In this document: positions 46,557 through 57,771 of the stretch, piece after piece
Numbering within the stretch: position 1 is the stretch's first letter
How the letters are laid out: each line of letters opens with the position of its first letter
Assembly (NCBI GenBank): GCA_973895155.1
Contig: OZ316891.1
Coordinates: 32,021,808 to 32,085,807 of the forward strand
Reading direction: 5' to 3'
Length of the DNA stretch: 64,000 bases
From: Marsupella aquatica
Lineage: Eukaryota > Plantae > Marchantiophyta
Notes under the pieces: generated by a model
Databases searched by the model: none
Seen by the model: only the letters and a program-made list of their open reading frames with translations
What the model was told of the DNA's origin: nothing
Position numbers and translations under genes: made by a program

Positions 46557-49500
46557 ATGCCGAGAGGGAGAAGGGGAGGTAGAGGAAGTCCCCAACACAC
46601 ACGTACCCCAAGATCAGAGCTAGAAGGGGGGCCCTCTTGGATTGGGACCAGACGACGAGTTGCTGCCGAAGAACGCTTACGGCTTGCAGAAGAGAGGAGG
46701 TTGCCACTGGTGCTGGAAGAACAAGTTGGTGTGCAACAGGAAGAGGCTCAACGTAATGAGGCCATATGCCCAGACGAAGAGCCAGACATAGATCACGAGC
46801 GAGAAGAAGGAGAGCCCTTTGTGTTGGTGCAGTCTGAGTTACAAAATCTGATCCCAGAGCTCACTGCATTGCCACAAATCATCTCACACCTATCATCGGT
46901 GCTGTTACCGGTGGCCCAACAAGCGCCATTACCACCTGTGTTGATACAGGCACCGGCTGCACCGATGGCAGCTGCACAACGTACCCGTGTTCAGTACGTA
47001 CCCTTCAAGGGGAGACCAAAGGATGATCCAGACGAATGGATTGAGGAGTTTGAAGGGATTGCCGAAGCTAATGGGGAGTCTGCACATAAGCTCACTATCA
47101 TTCCTGGAATGATGAGAGGGGAGGCAGGTCCATGGTTCATTTCGTTGTTGGCCAACGTGAAAGCTGATTGGGCTCTGTTCAAGCAAGCCTTCTTGAAGGA
47201 GTTCAGATCCATAGGAGTGGAGGCCACCTCACTATTAAAGGTGGGCCAACTCAGGATGAAGAAGAAGGAGTCATTACGGAGGTTTTTGCAAAGGTTCCAA
47301 AAGCTGGTACGTCGGATCCAAGCCCGTACCGATGATGCTATGCGTCAAGCCTGGTTTGTGGCTGCCCTACCAAGCAAGATGGGGTTCTTTGTACGTCAAG
47401 CCAAGCCAACCACATTGGCTGAAGCTATTGCAGCAGCGGAGTCATACACCGCAGCTGATGCCACAAGCAAGCGTTGCCGAAGAAAGAAGCTGAAGCCGGT
47501 TGACAGTTCCTCCAGTGAGGAGTCGAGTGGATCTGATTCAGATAGTAGTGATGAATCTGAGGATTCTGAGAGTACTACAGAGTCAGACACTACGGAGTCA
47601 GAAGCTGAAAGACGAAGGAGGAAGAAGAAGAAGTTGTCAAAGAAAGTCAAGAAGTCCTCTCACCGTGAAGTGATACTACCCACGGTGGCCGTTACACCAT
47701 TGTCTACGGCAAGACGCCTGAAGGAGCAAGAGGCCAGATATGATGAGCTGACGGAGCAAATGAAAGCGTTGAAAGTACATTTTGCCGGACTCAAACCTGA
47801 GAGGAGAAAAGTTCCGGTGGAGAGAGCCAATGTGTGGTGCACCAAGTGCATGAAGTTTGGTCATGCCCCGAAGGAGTGCCCAGCGGGAGAACCAGCCAAG
47901 GTTTTCCAAGTACGGGAGGAGGATGTTGAGGGGGCAAGCTACTCAAATCCTTCATATGCAGCGGAAGGGCCAATAGAGTACTTCATGGAGGAGCCACCAG
48001 AGGCCAACGTGTATAGTGTACAACCTCTCAACCCGGGACCACGGAGCATTCATGGAGTTTCAACAAACGCCGGAGCACCCGCATACTCCAACTATCCCAA
48101 CGCTAACCCAGGGAATCGACCACCGTACCCTGGAGTGAGGAAGATCCCTATTTGTTACAATTGTAGAGTGGCGGGCCACTACGCTAATGTGTGCCCAGAG
48201 CCCACCCGTCAAGGCAATGGAGATTTTGCCCGGCTGTGTCAACTATGCAAGGGGGAGGGTCATCTTGCACCACACTGCCCAACCTTGGAGGCGTTCAAGG
48301 CTCAACCGATTGGGGCACAAGAGAAGAAGGGGCCGCCACCTCCTCTGAAAGAAGCTAGCGTCAACTTTCTCACCACGGAAGCAGTCGACACCCCTCTAAT
48401 CACTAGAAGAGAAGAAACCGTAGTGAACATTCCCAAGCAAAGGATGACCACCATAACGGAGGAGGTGGTACCGCTAGTCGTTGTAGTATCTCCAGTTGTT
48501 GAGATACCGGTGGTTGTTGTTGCAACATCTACGGAAGTTGAAGTTGCTAACCCCTCACCCCCAAGTCATGAGTGGACTCATGCTGAGAATCTACCGGAGG
48601 AAGACAGCGACGAGGAGAGAAGGCATTACTCTTGTTACCGAGTCTCCACTCGATCCGGCAAAAAGAAGGGCAAGTCCGAGCTCAAGCAGAAGTACAAGGA
48701 GGTGCATCAAGCTTCCACATCGGGTACCTCACACGAACCGGAGGTGCCACCCATGGAGGATAGTGACTTTGATCGGGACAACCCCAAGTTGTTCTATCCG
48801 AAGGTGGGAGAAGAGGTACGTAAGCAGTTGGAGGAGCTAGAAGCACAAGCCATGCAAGCGGCCATTGACAAAGACATGGAGGAGGCAAAGGCCAGAAAGA
48901 AAGCGGAGGAGAGGGTTGTTCGTTGGAAACCGGGAGAAGAGGTCATCCCACCCATACCTCCTGCAACCGCGTACAACATTGCTCAAGACATTCTGGATTG
49001 CCCAGTCAGTGCCACAATTGGTCAACTATTACGGGATAGCTCCCTATACCGTCGCCAAGTCAAGGAGATTCTCATGAGGAGGAGACGTAGAAGAAGGTTA
49101 CCCAAAGTTGGGGCTGACCCCATACAAGTCAACTGGGTCACGGAGGATTTGGGTGCCCCAGAACTCACGGTGGACATCAATGGATGTGCAATACGGTTTG
49201 TACCGGTGGACGGGGGCTCGGGAGTCAACATCATGACTGAGGAGACGGCAAACCGGTTGGGGTATACAGAGTTAGAACCACCGGCACGTGCCATGAGGTT
49301 GGCTGATGGTGCACGGGTGGTGCCGTTGGGGTGTCTCACCAAGATTCCAACAATGATAGGGGGAAAATCTTTCCCCCTCAACTATTTGGTGATGCGACCC
49401 GTTCGGCCGTACGGTTTTCCCATTTTAATTGGCAGGCCATGGTTGTATGTGGCCAAGGTCACAAGTGATTGGGGCAAACGGCAGTTTCGGTTTGGTATCC

Positions 49501-52500
49501 CCACTATCACTATTCCATGGTCAGCGGAGTCACCTCACGGGGAGACTACGACTATGGAGGAGGAATATGATTCAGAGGTCACCTCAGATGAAGACGAGGA
49601 TGAAGTATACATGGTGAAACTGATTTCTCACCTCACGGAGGAAGATGTTTTTGGCCCCGGAGTTGCTACTCAAGAGCATGCAGTAGAGGAATCAGTTAGC
49701 CAAGTGCACGCTGTTCTAGAAGAGATGGAAGACGAGCGAAGCAAAATTGTGGAGGCTGAACCTCTAGAGATTCATGATAGGGAGGCAGAGGATCACCCCG
49801 AGGAGGTGGAAATGCAAGCCCACACGATCATGTTTGATGATGAGCAAAGAGAGCAGTTTTTGAATGACATCCTGGATGATGACTTTAGAGAGGAGCTATT
49901 GTCACATTACAAAGAATCTGACGTTGAAGAAATAATGGCCCATGTGACAAAGGATCCACCTCCATCCCGACCAGACCAGGAGGAGAGTGATGCACCGGTG
50001 TATGGAGGGATGAGGCTCGCACGGTTGGAAGAAACCTTTGATGAGGAGACACGCAACAAGTTGGACGTGATCAGGCCGGAGCAGTACACAAAGGTGGAAG
50101 TGGGTGAGGGCAAGACACTCAACATTGGTAGTAAGTTGGATGCTACGGAGCAACGCACGATTCAGGAATTGTTGAAAGAGTACCAAGACGTATTTGCGTG
50201 GAGCCACCAAGATTTGAAAGGAGTGCCACCTGAGTTTGGTGAGCACAGCATTGACCTGATGTCAGGAGCACGACCTGTGAGGCAACGCCAATACCGCCTC
50301 AACCCCAAATACTCACTCATGGTGAAGGAGGAGATTGACCGTTTGTTGGATGCAGGATTCATTTATCCGGTCATGCATAGTGAGTGGGTGTCACCCATCG
50401 TAATCGTGCCCAAGAAAAAGGGGCCAGACGGGAAGGTGAAAATACGGGTGTGCCAAGATTTTCGAAAGTTGAATGATGCGACCAAGAAGGATCACTACCC
50501 GCTACCGTTCACGGATATCGTGTTGGACATGGTAGCAGGTTGGGAGATATACAGCTTCTTGGATGGCTACTCTGGGTACAACCAAATCTGGATACGGGAG
50601 GAGGACCAACTCAAGACGGCTTTCACAACAGAGTGGGGGATTTTTGCATTCCGGAGAATGCCTTTTGGGTTGTGCAATGCCCCTGGCATGTTCCAACGGC
50701 TCATGATGAATATATTTCATGACTTTTTACGCAGGTTCTTGGAGATCTTTATTGATGACTTTGCTGTCTACAGCAAACGAGTCAAGCATCCGGAACACTT
50801 ACGGTTGACTTTTCAGCGGTGCCGGGAGACTTGCCTGAAGCTGCATCCGGAGAAATGTTTCTTTGGAATTGAGGAGGGAATCCTATTGGGCCACAAAGTG
50901 TCTGCACGAGGGATTGAAGTTGATCGTGAGAAGGTCGCCGTGTGGGTAGCAGTCTCATTTCCCAAGAATGTGAAGGAAGTGAGAGGGTTCTTGGGGTGTG
51001 TTGGCTACTACCGACGCTTCATCAAAGACTTTGCCAAGGTAGCCATGCCACTCACTTCCATGTTGAAAAAAGGAAGTGAGTTTGAACCTACTCCTTCCCG
51101 TCAGGCTGCTTTTGATGAATTGAAGAAACGATTGCTAGAGGCCCCCGTGCTCATTACGCCCAATTGGAATAAGGAATTCCATGTTTACGTAGACGTATCA
51201 GGATTTTGCATCGGTGCCGTTTTGAGTCAGTTAGATGATGATGGAAGAGACCATCCCATCTACTTTGCCAGTAGGCAGTTGGCCCCGGCAGAGAAAAACT
51301 ACTCACCCACCGATAGGGAGGCACTTGGTATCATCTACGCTTGTAAGAAGTATCGTCATTATTTGTTGGGGTACAAGGTTGTGTTCCACACGGATCACAA
51401 CAGCTTGAAATACATGGTCAACAAGCCAGATCTGTCTGGGAGAATTGCACGTTGGGTTTTGTTGCTACAAGAGTTCAACTATGAGGTGAGAGTAAGATCG
51501 GGGAAGAGTCATAGCAATGCAGACTTCTTCTCCCGTATTGAGGGAGCATCTGACTCCCAGGAGATTGATGATCGGTTCCCGGATGAGGAAGTGTTCAGCG
51601 TGAATACAGAGGCCACTACTTGGTATGGAGAAATTTTGGAATTTCTCCGCACGGCTAGAGTTCCCTCACGTTTGGGCCCGGAGAGAGCAGCAGTGTTTTT
51701 GCGTAAGACAGGTCCCTACTTGCTTGTGAAGGGAGTACTTCACAAGTACGGCATGGATGGCCGACTTCGTCGTTGTTTGGAGGAAGCGGAGATACGTACA
51801 GTCATGGCAGCATTACATGAGGAGGAAGCTGGTGGCCACTTTGCACGGGAGACCACCGCAAGGAAAATACTAGATGCTGGATATTGGTGGCCAACTCTCT
51901 TTCGGGATGTACACCGGTACATCCAGCGATGTGATCCGTGCCAGCGTCAAGGCAAACCAGGGCCCTCCTCACGACACCCATTGGTGCCCATACTTCCTCT
52001 TGCACCCTTTGAGAAGTGGGGGGTGGACTTCATTGGCCCTTTCACTCCCATCACACGAAGAGGGAGGAAGCGCTACATCATTCTTGCAACGGACTATGCC
52101 ACCAAGTGGGTGGAGGCCCGAGCTACTGCCAAGGATGATGCCAACACCACGGCACGTTTTTTGTATGAGCAGATTTTTACACGATTTGGTCCACCATTGG
52201 AGTTGGTAAGTGACAGGGGTACTCACTTCCTCAATCATACGATTGAACGTTTGACGGAGAACTACTTGATCTCACATAGGAAGACCACTCCGTACCACCC
52301 TCGAGCCAACGGGCTCACTGAGAGAGCCAACGGGATCATGGGCAAGATCCTCAACAAAACGGTATCCGCTCACAAGACCGATTGGGATTTGAAGTTGTTG
52401 GCTGCCACTTACGCTTACAACCTGGCTCACAAGACTACCACGGGCCACAGCCCCTATTTCCTTGTGTTTGGACAACACTCTCTTGTGCCGGTGGAATTTG

Positions 52501-52955
52501 AGGTTCCAACCATTCGAATCCTAACACGGGAAAGGGAAGGGGCAGAAGAAAGTGTCGCTTCACGGATCCAACAGTTGGAGCAACTCACGGAGACACGAGA
52601 AGAGGCTTTGACACATACGGAGCAGGAGCAAGGCAAACGCAAGTCACATTACGATTCCCATCTCCGTCGTGTGTCCATTGAGGAGGGAGATTTGGTGCTC
52701 CTCTACGATAGCCGCTTCATGCATTTCCCCGGGAAGTTGCATACACGGTGGATGGGACCCTACGTAGTGGATGCCGTCTACTCCAACGGCTCGGTTCAAC
52801 TCAAGACATTGGAGGGGCAACTACTCAACACACGGATCAATCAAGAGCGCCTAAAGAAGTACTACACGGAGGAAGAGTATGGTGCTCGCGGGGGCGCTTC
52901 GCAATTAAGAGAGGAGCTATGTGACGGGTACCCCGTCACGGGAAGTCACACATAA
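46557..52955 (+). CDS. gag-pol: Gag-Pol polyprotein (2132 aa, single frame)
   Basis: Gag core, three CCHC knuckles (CTKCMKFGHAPKEC, CYNCRVAGHYANVC, CQLCKGEGHLAPHC), protease VDGGSG, RT LDGYSGY...MPFGL...FIDDF, RNase H YVDVS...TDH, integrase HHCC plus GVDF...SDRG...TERAN, and GPY. Confidence 0.97.
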   Translation: MPRGRRGGRGSPQHTRTPRSELEGGPSWIGTRRRVAAEERLRLAEERRLPLVLEEQVGVQQEEAQRNEAICPDEEPDIDHEREEGEPFVLVQSELQNLIPELTALPQIISHLSSVLLPVAQQAPLPPVLIQAPAAPMAAAQRTRVQYVPFKGRPKDDPDEWIEEFEGIAEANGESAHKLTIIPGMMRGEAGPWFISLLANVKADWALFKQAFLKEFRSIGVEATSLLKVGQLRMKKKESLRRFLQRFQKLVRRIQARTDDAMRQAWFVAALPSKMGFFVRQAKPTTLAEAIAAAESYTAADATSKRCRRKKLKPVDSSSSEESSGSDSDSSDESEDSESTTESDTTESEAERRRRKKKKLSKKVKKSSHREVILPTVAVTPLSTARRLKEQEARYDELTEQMKALKVHFAGLKPERRKVPVERANVWCTKCMKFGHAPKECPAGEPAKVFQVREEDVEGASYSNPSYAAEGPIEYFMEEPPEANVYSVQPLNPGPRSIHGVSTNAGAPAYSNYPNANPGNRPPYPGVRKIPICYNCRVAGHYANVCPEPTRQGNGDFARLCQLCKGEGHLAPHCPTLEAFKAQPIGAQEKKGPPPPLKEASVNFLTTEAVDTPLITRREETVVNIPKQRMTTITEEVVPLVVVVSPVVEIPVVVVATSTEVEVANPSPPSHEWTHAENLPEEDSDEERRHYSCYRVSTRSGKKKGKSELKQKYKEVHQASTSGTSHEPEVPPMEDSDFDRDNPKLFYPKVGEEVRKQLEELEAQAMQAAIDKDMEEAKARKKAEERVVRWKPGEEVIPPIPPATAYNIAQDILDCPVSATIGQLLRDSSLYRRQVKEILMRRRRRRRLPKVGADPIQVNWVTEDLGAPELTVDINGCAIRFVPVDGGSGVNIMTEETANRLGYTELEPPARAMRLADGARVVPLGCLTKIPTMIGGKSFPLNYLVMRPVRPYGFPILIGRPWLYVAKVTSDWGKRQFRFGIPTITIPWSAESPHGETTTMEEEYDSEVTSDEDEDEVYMVKLISHLTEEDVFGPGVATQEHAVEESVSQVHAVLEEMEDERSKIVEAEPLEIHDREAEDHPEEVEMQAHTIMFDDEQREQFLNDILDDDFREELLSHYKESDVEEIMAHVTKDPPPSRPDQEESDAPVYGGMRLARLEETFDEETRNKLDVIRPEQYTKVEVGEGKTLNIGSKLDATEQRTIQELLKEYQDVFAWSHQDLKGVPPEFGEHSIDLMSGARPVRQRQYRLNPKYSLMVKEEIDRLLDAGFIYPVMHSEWVSPIVIVPKKKGPDGKVKIRVCQDFRKLNDATKKDHYPLPFTDIVLDMVAGWEIYSFLDGYSGYNQIWIREEDQLKTAFTTEWGIFAFRRMPFGLCNAPGMFQRLMMNIFHDFLRRFLEIFIDDFAVYSKRVKHPEHLRLTFQRCRETCLKLHPEKCFFGIEEGILLGHKVSARGIEVDREKVAVWVAVSFPKNVKEVRGFLGCVGYYRRFIKDFAKVAMPLTSMLKKGSEFEPTPSRQAAFDELKKRLLEAPVLITPNWNKEFHVYVDVSGFCIGAVLSQLDDDGRDHPIYFASRQLAPAEKNYSPTDREALGIIYACKKYRHYLLGYKVVFHTDHNSLKYMVNKPDLSGRIARWVLLLQEFNYEVRVRSGKSHSNADFFSRIEGASDSQEIDDRFPDEEVFSVNTEATTWYGEILEFLRTARVPSRLGPERAAVFLRKTGPYLLVKGVLHKYGMDGRLRRCLEEAEIRTVMAALHEEEAGGHFARETTARKILDAGYWWPTLFRDVHRYIQRCDPCQRQGKPGPSSRHPLVPILPLAPFEKWGVDFIGPFTPITRRGRKRYIILATDYATKWVEARATAKDDANTTARFLYEQIFTRFGPPLELVSDRGTHFLNHTIERLTENYLISHRKTTPYHPRANGLTERANGIMGKILNKTVSAHKTDWDLKLLAATYAYNLAHKTTTGHSPYFLVFGQHSLVPVEFEVPTIRILTREREGAEESVASRIQQLEQLTETREEALTHTEQEQGKRKSHYDSHLRRVSIEEGDLVLLYDSRFMHFPGKLHTRWMGPYVVDAVYSNGSVQLKTLEGQLLNTRINQERLKKYYTEEEYGARGGASQLREELCDGYPVTGSHT
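52907..52916 (+). promoter_or_regulatory. Polypurine tract
   Basis: AAGAGAGGAG, 3 nt upstream of the 3' LTR and inside the pol frame. Confidence 0.6.
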
Positions 52956-55900
52956 CTGGTTGCAAAGGCCGATACCTTGTTAATAGTCAATGTAAATAAG
53001 CCATTTTTTAATTTTTAGTTAATTCCGTCATTATAGGTTGATGATGCCCCAGGTGACTTTATATTCTTTCTCTCATAATAGTTCTAAGATTTGCGGCGAC
53101 CTAAGTGGGCAAATATTTTGGGACCTTGAAACTAGCCAGGACCAGCCCCATAGGACTTACCGTTTTGCTTCAAGAGCTATTGTTGAGACCCCCATTGCAA
53201 AGTCAGGAGAGGGGGGGGTTTTTTTTTAAATAAATCCCTCCTCAGGAGGGCGAGTCCCATTAGTGGCCGTCCGAGAGAAAGAGGGGCTGCCTCGCGAGCC
53301 CATAGGGCTGCGTGCCCGGGCGATTAATGGGGCTCCGCGAGCTGAAGGGGCTGCCTCGCGAGCCCATAGGGCTGCGTGCCCGGGCAATTAATGAGGCTCC
53401 GCGAGCTGAAGGAGCGCAAGCGAGCGGGGGGGGGGGAGTTAAAGGGCCTCCCGCGAGCTGGGAGGATCACGCGAGCGGGGGGGAGTTAAAGGGCCTCCCG
53501 CGAGCTGGGAGGATCACGCGAGCGGGGGGGAGTTAAAGGGCCTCCCGCGAGCTGGGAGGATCACGCGAGCGGGGGGGAGTTAAAGGGCCTCCCGCGAGCT
53601 GGGAGGATCACGCGAGCGGGGGGGAGTTGAAGGGCCTCCCGCGAGCCGGGAGGAATGGCCGCGCGCCCTGCATAGGGCCGCGCGCAGGAGGACGCAAGGG
53701 TAAGGCCCGAGAAATGGGCCGGGGCGCATGGCGAAGGCGCCAGGAGTTTTTTCGGTTCTATTTTTTTTTCCTTCCTTTTTCTTTCCCTCTTCCTTTTGCA
53801 CGACCCTCTCATTGCCGAAAGCAAAAACGGGGTTCTTCTCTCTCTTGCCGGAAGCTCTCTCCAGATTCTAATTATTTTTGAAGCTCTCTCTTTCATGGTG
53901 GATTAGTGGGGCTTGCTGGCGTCATTCTTCCAGGCATTAGTGGCGGCCGCACGGAGTAGTGACGGGAAATTGAGAGAATTTAAGTGATCGGGCTACGGGG
54001 GCTGTTTCGGGCCAGGGAATTGACATTGCCACGGGTGACGGGATTGGTGATTGAGAAATTGATTTCGGGATGCATGGATGCTAGATCAACCAGAGTTTAG
54101 TGCGTCACGCATTCGGAGATACAAGGCTGCTTACCGTGACTACGTGGAGACTCGGATTACACGGGAAAGGGAAGAGAGAGAAGTTATGATGAGCACGGGA
54201 TTGGCAGCGGGTTCCTCACCGGTGGGTAGGAAGATTTTTCGTCGAATTTATCCCAAGACCTCCACCAAGGTGATGGAGGATTGTCGGAACATTTTCCAAG
54301 CCACCGGGCTTACAGAATTCATGAAGGTGGAGATTACCATCCCTTCAGGGAAGAGCTGGGACATTGAGGCCGGGATGGAGTTCCGAACGGAGGGAATCTA
54401 CTTTGAATGTCTCAAACGTGTAGTGCCCCATGTGGAGTTGGCTAAGCTATTGTTTCTTGAGAATCAGAAATTCTCATTCACACCTCGGAATATCAGGGGA
54501 GAACTCACGTTGAAAATGGTGGCCACTTGGGTGACCAATCCTACCTCCACCACCGCCATCCCTCTTTCTGCTGTCAAGGATGTTGAGTATAAGGGCTTCC
54601 TGGCCAAGGTGCATCAACGGGTTCTTGGCAACGTGCAATCCGGAGTGCTGAATGAGGAGCATTTCGTGGTAGCTATGGACATCAAGAACTACCCAGCCCA
54701 TGTGTACGGATGGTGGTGCTACGGATTGAAGAAGCTATTGGCCGCTGAGCCCGGGAGTGTGAAACCAGGTGGGGCTGTACATTTGATGGGGTCATTTGTA
54801 TTGGCCAGGGCAGAAGGGTTGATTGGTTCTCCGGGGCATGAAGACACGGGATCATCTCTCACCACGGAGATCCGGAGTATTGCCACTACCGTTTTAGGGA
54901 AGCTCACGGAGGAATCATTGTCTGCTGGTGGGGAGGATAATAGAGAAGAAGAGAACCAGGAGGATGATTGCACATTGGAGTGGCTTGAATCACTCGTGGG
55001 AGATCCGAAACAGCCTCTGGAATACAACATTCCGGATGTTTACTTGGCAGAGCTACGGGATTTCAGAGAGGGAGTCCACGAGGGACTCAAGCTAGTCCAC
55101 GCATTGAGGGAGTCTCTCAAGCACGCCACAGTCAAAGTAGAGACGTTAGAGCAGAGCATCCTGTCACTGAAGGAGGTGATCAAGACCAAGGAGCAGACCA
55201 TTCATGAGAAGGTCAGGCACATCAATGCAGCTCACGTAGAGATCACCAACTTGAAGGGAGCTTTGTCCACCAAGGCCAAGGAAGCAGAAGAAGTAGGAGC
55301 GTTGAGGCAAGCATTGGCCAAAGAGAAGCAAAATTCTGGAGAAGTGATGGAGTGGAGGAACCAGGTGGGAGCACTACGGAGTCAGGTGGCAGCCTTTGAG
55401 ACACGAGCGAAGAGAAGTGAGGCCCTGAGTCTAGGGAAACGGAAGAGTCCCGGCACACCTGGCTCCACACTTTCCCCGGATGTGATCTCCCAAGCTATCG
55501 AGATGGTGGTGAAGGAGGTTAGTGGGAAGTATGGACCCTTGTTGGATGGAGCCAAGAAGAGTCAGGAGAAGAGTAAGAGCTTGGAGAAGAAGCTCCGGGA
55601 GGTACGGAAATCGTTACGGGAGGCTCAGGTCAGTACGGGGATGCCACCCAGGTCTGTCACCCCCGGGACTCCCATGGCCACGGGGCAAGTTCTACCGTTG
55701 GAGTTGCGGTCCGGAGAAGAGGCTACCCTCTGGAAGGACACAATTGGTGAGGGGTACATCAAGGCGTGGCAGGCCTTGGCTGCTTTGAGGAAGCGCGGGA
55801 GCAGCAGCACTAAGAGTACTCCGTCGAAGAAGAAGAAAAGTACGGTGGCACTCACTCCCGTGAGTGATGAGGAGGAGGACCACTCACGGGGCACAAGTCC

Positions 55901-57045
55901 GGGCACCGAGAGCGAAGAAGAAGAGGAGGATTAGATAGGCGTACGGACGTGGGTGTACGGCCTCCAGATTTCCAACATTTTAGTGGGGGGTCACTCATGG
56001 GCTTGTTGGGATGAGCTCGCGGAGCTGATTCCAACAAGAGGCGGCGCTCCTCAAACGGAGCCAGGATGAGCAAGTTATGGCCTGGAGAACTTATGTTTTT
56101 GCGGTACGGAAACGGCCATAACTCAGGCGTCTGAAGTCCGTTGAGGGAGCGACTTAGTGATTCGGAAGCAGGAAAAGAAGAGCTATCCAGGGGTGAGCTC
56201 AGGTGTGCACTTGGAAGGGCACCTAGTTTCGGCCATTTTGGGGTGCCTCTCACTTTCAGGGTTCACGTGTACTGTTGGGGCGCCGTCGAAGGCACCGTCG
56301 GCCCCCTTGTTTTGGGTTTAGGGTTTTAGCAGCATGTGTGTGCCGCATGCTCCTCTTCAGTTTAAGGATTTCTCTTAGTGCAAGGTTTTAGCGGCGCCGC
56401 TAGGGTAGCCGCCACCGTTGTGACCCTGTGAGGGGTGCTTTGGTGTGATTTTTCAGTATTTAGGGGGATAGCCCCGAAGTAGTTAGGGGGACTCAGTGTG
56501 AAGTTAGCAAGGAGGGATAGAGTGGAGCCTGAGGAGTTTGAAAGCGTGTTCAGAGTAGTGAGGGGGAGCCATACTCATTGTCCGGAGAGGCAGGAGTTGA
56601 GTAGACGGCAGGAGGCCGGGTTACTCATGCAATGTGTATCGTTTTTCCCAAGAGATATGGATCTGTACATTTGACTTGATGGGCTTTTGTTGTGTGTTCC
56701 TTCTCCCTTTTTCGCTTTCCGAATTGTGTTCTCCCGTTCTATGATTTGAAGAAACTTGCTTGGTTTGAGTCGGCCTTGTGAGTAGGGGTGGTGACAGCAC
56801 TCTTTGGGTGACTCCGAGTGAAGGTGTAGTGGGGTAGTCGGCAGGACTTGATCAAAAGCTGTGGGGTGAGGGTAGTCGGTAGACTTGATCAAAACCTACA
56901 TTTCCGGGAGCGGAAACCAAAATACTCATCCTGGTGTGAAAAGAATCCAAATAGCGTCCCTCCACGACCCCGTAATACGATACCAACGGTTTAAGCGAAG
57001 AAAAGTGCGGTTTGCACGTATTAACCGTTGGAGAGGCAAGTGACA
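52920..57045 (+). repeat. 3' LTR (4126 bp)
   Basis: 47 bp longer than the 5' LTR, equal to one extra repeat unit (array 53420-53654 has 5 units). Confidence 0.95.
54078..55934 (+). CDS. LTR-encoded 618-aa protein (3' LTR copy)
   Basis: Translation identical to 43334-45190 in the ORF track. Confidence 0.85.
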   Translation: MLDQPEFSASRIRRYKAAYRDYVETRITREREEREVMMSTGLAAGSSPVGRKIFRRIYPKTSTKVMEDCRNIFQATGLTEFMKVEITIPSGKSWDIEAGMEFRTEGIYFECLKRVVPHVELAKLLFLENQKFSFTPRNIRGELTLKMVATWVTNPTSTTAIPLSAVKDVEYKGFLAKVHQRVLGNVQSGVLNEEHFVVAMDIKNYPAHVYGWWCYGLKKLLAAEPGSVKPGGAVHLMGSFVLARAEGLIGSPGHEDTGSSLTTEIRSIATTVLGKLTEESLSAGGEDNREEENQEDDCTLEWLESLVGDPKQPLEYNIPDVYLAELRDFREGVHEGLKLVHALRESLKHATVKVETLEQSILSLKEVIKTKEQTIHEKVRHINAAHVEITNLKGALSTKAKEAEEVGALRQALAKEKQNSGEVMEWRNQVGALRSQVAAFETRAKRSEALSLGKRKSPGTPGSTLSPDVISQAIEMVVKEVSGKYGPLLDGAKKSQEKSKSLEKKLREVRKSLREAQVSTGMPPRSVTPGTPMATGQVLPLELRSGEEATLWKDTIGEGYIKAWQALAALRKRGSSSTKSTPSKKKKSTVALTPVSDEEEDHSRGTSPGTESEEEEED

Positions 57046-57771
57046 CAATACAACGCCCAGTACTACCGAGAGTAGTGCACGAGGGGAGGTGACAAAGAAA
57101 GGGAACGTAAAGTTGAATGAGAGACAATGGGTGGATGCTGGGTGTCCTCGTAAGAACCGTTGGCATGCTGATTTGAAAGCTAAAGTATTGCGTTGGTTAG
57201 ATGTGAGTGTTATTAATTTAAAAAAACAACATCCAAAAGATTGGAAGACTGTATGTGAAAATGTTGCTGCCAAATAGAATTATGTGGGCAGTGATGATGG
57301 CGTGGACATAGGTTGCCTAGAGAGTACAACAGGTAAAATCATAAAGCAAGAGAGGTGGAGAATGCATAAGGCTTGGAAGGAAGGTGGGGAGAAGCCAGAT
57401 ATGCCTCCACCAGCCAGTTGTGATGATAAAGTGTGGGCAAGGTTAGTAGCTTATTTTGTAACAGATGCTTCGAAAAAGAAGAGTTCACAGATGACCGAGG
57501 CCAGGTTGAGTGTTCAGAACCCTAATCTGATAGGAAGGACCGGCACTGCACTGATAGCAAAACATTTGGTAAGAATCAATGGCCTAGCTATGTAATTTAT
57601 GCTACACTATGTACTGTTTTTTAGTGTAAACCCATACATGTAAACTTTGTTTTTTAGTGTACGTTCCATGAATAATAATGATAACTTGTGTTTGCCATGC
57701 ATGTGCAAAAAGCCCAATTGGGGCAAAGCCCTTCAAAAGAAGAGTTGAGGACTGAAATTGTGAACACCCAG

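Larger units (their letters stand above)
42223..57045 (+). mobile_element. Full-length, very young Ty3/Gypsy non-chromovirus LTR retrotransposon (14823 bp)
   Basis: Near-identical LTRs TGTGAC...GTGACA. TSD CAATA at 42218-42222 and 57046-57050. PBS, PPT and an intact gag-PR-RT-RH-IN ORF are present. No chromodomain. Confidence 0.97.
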
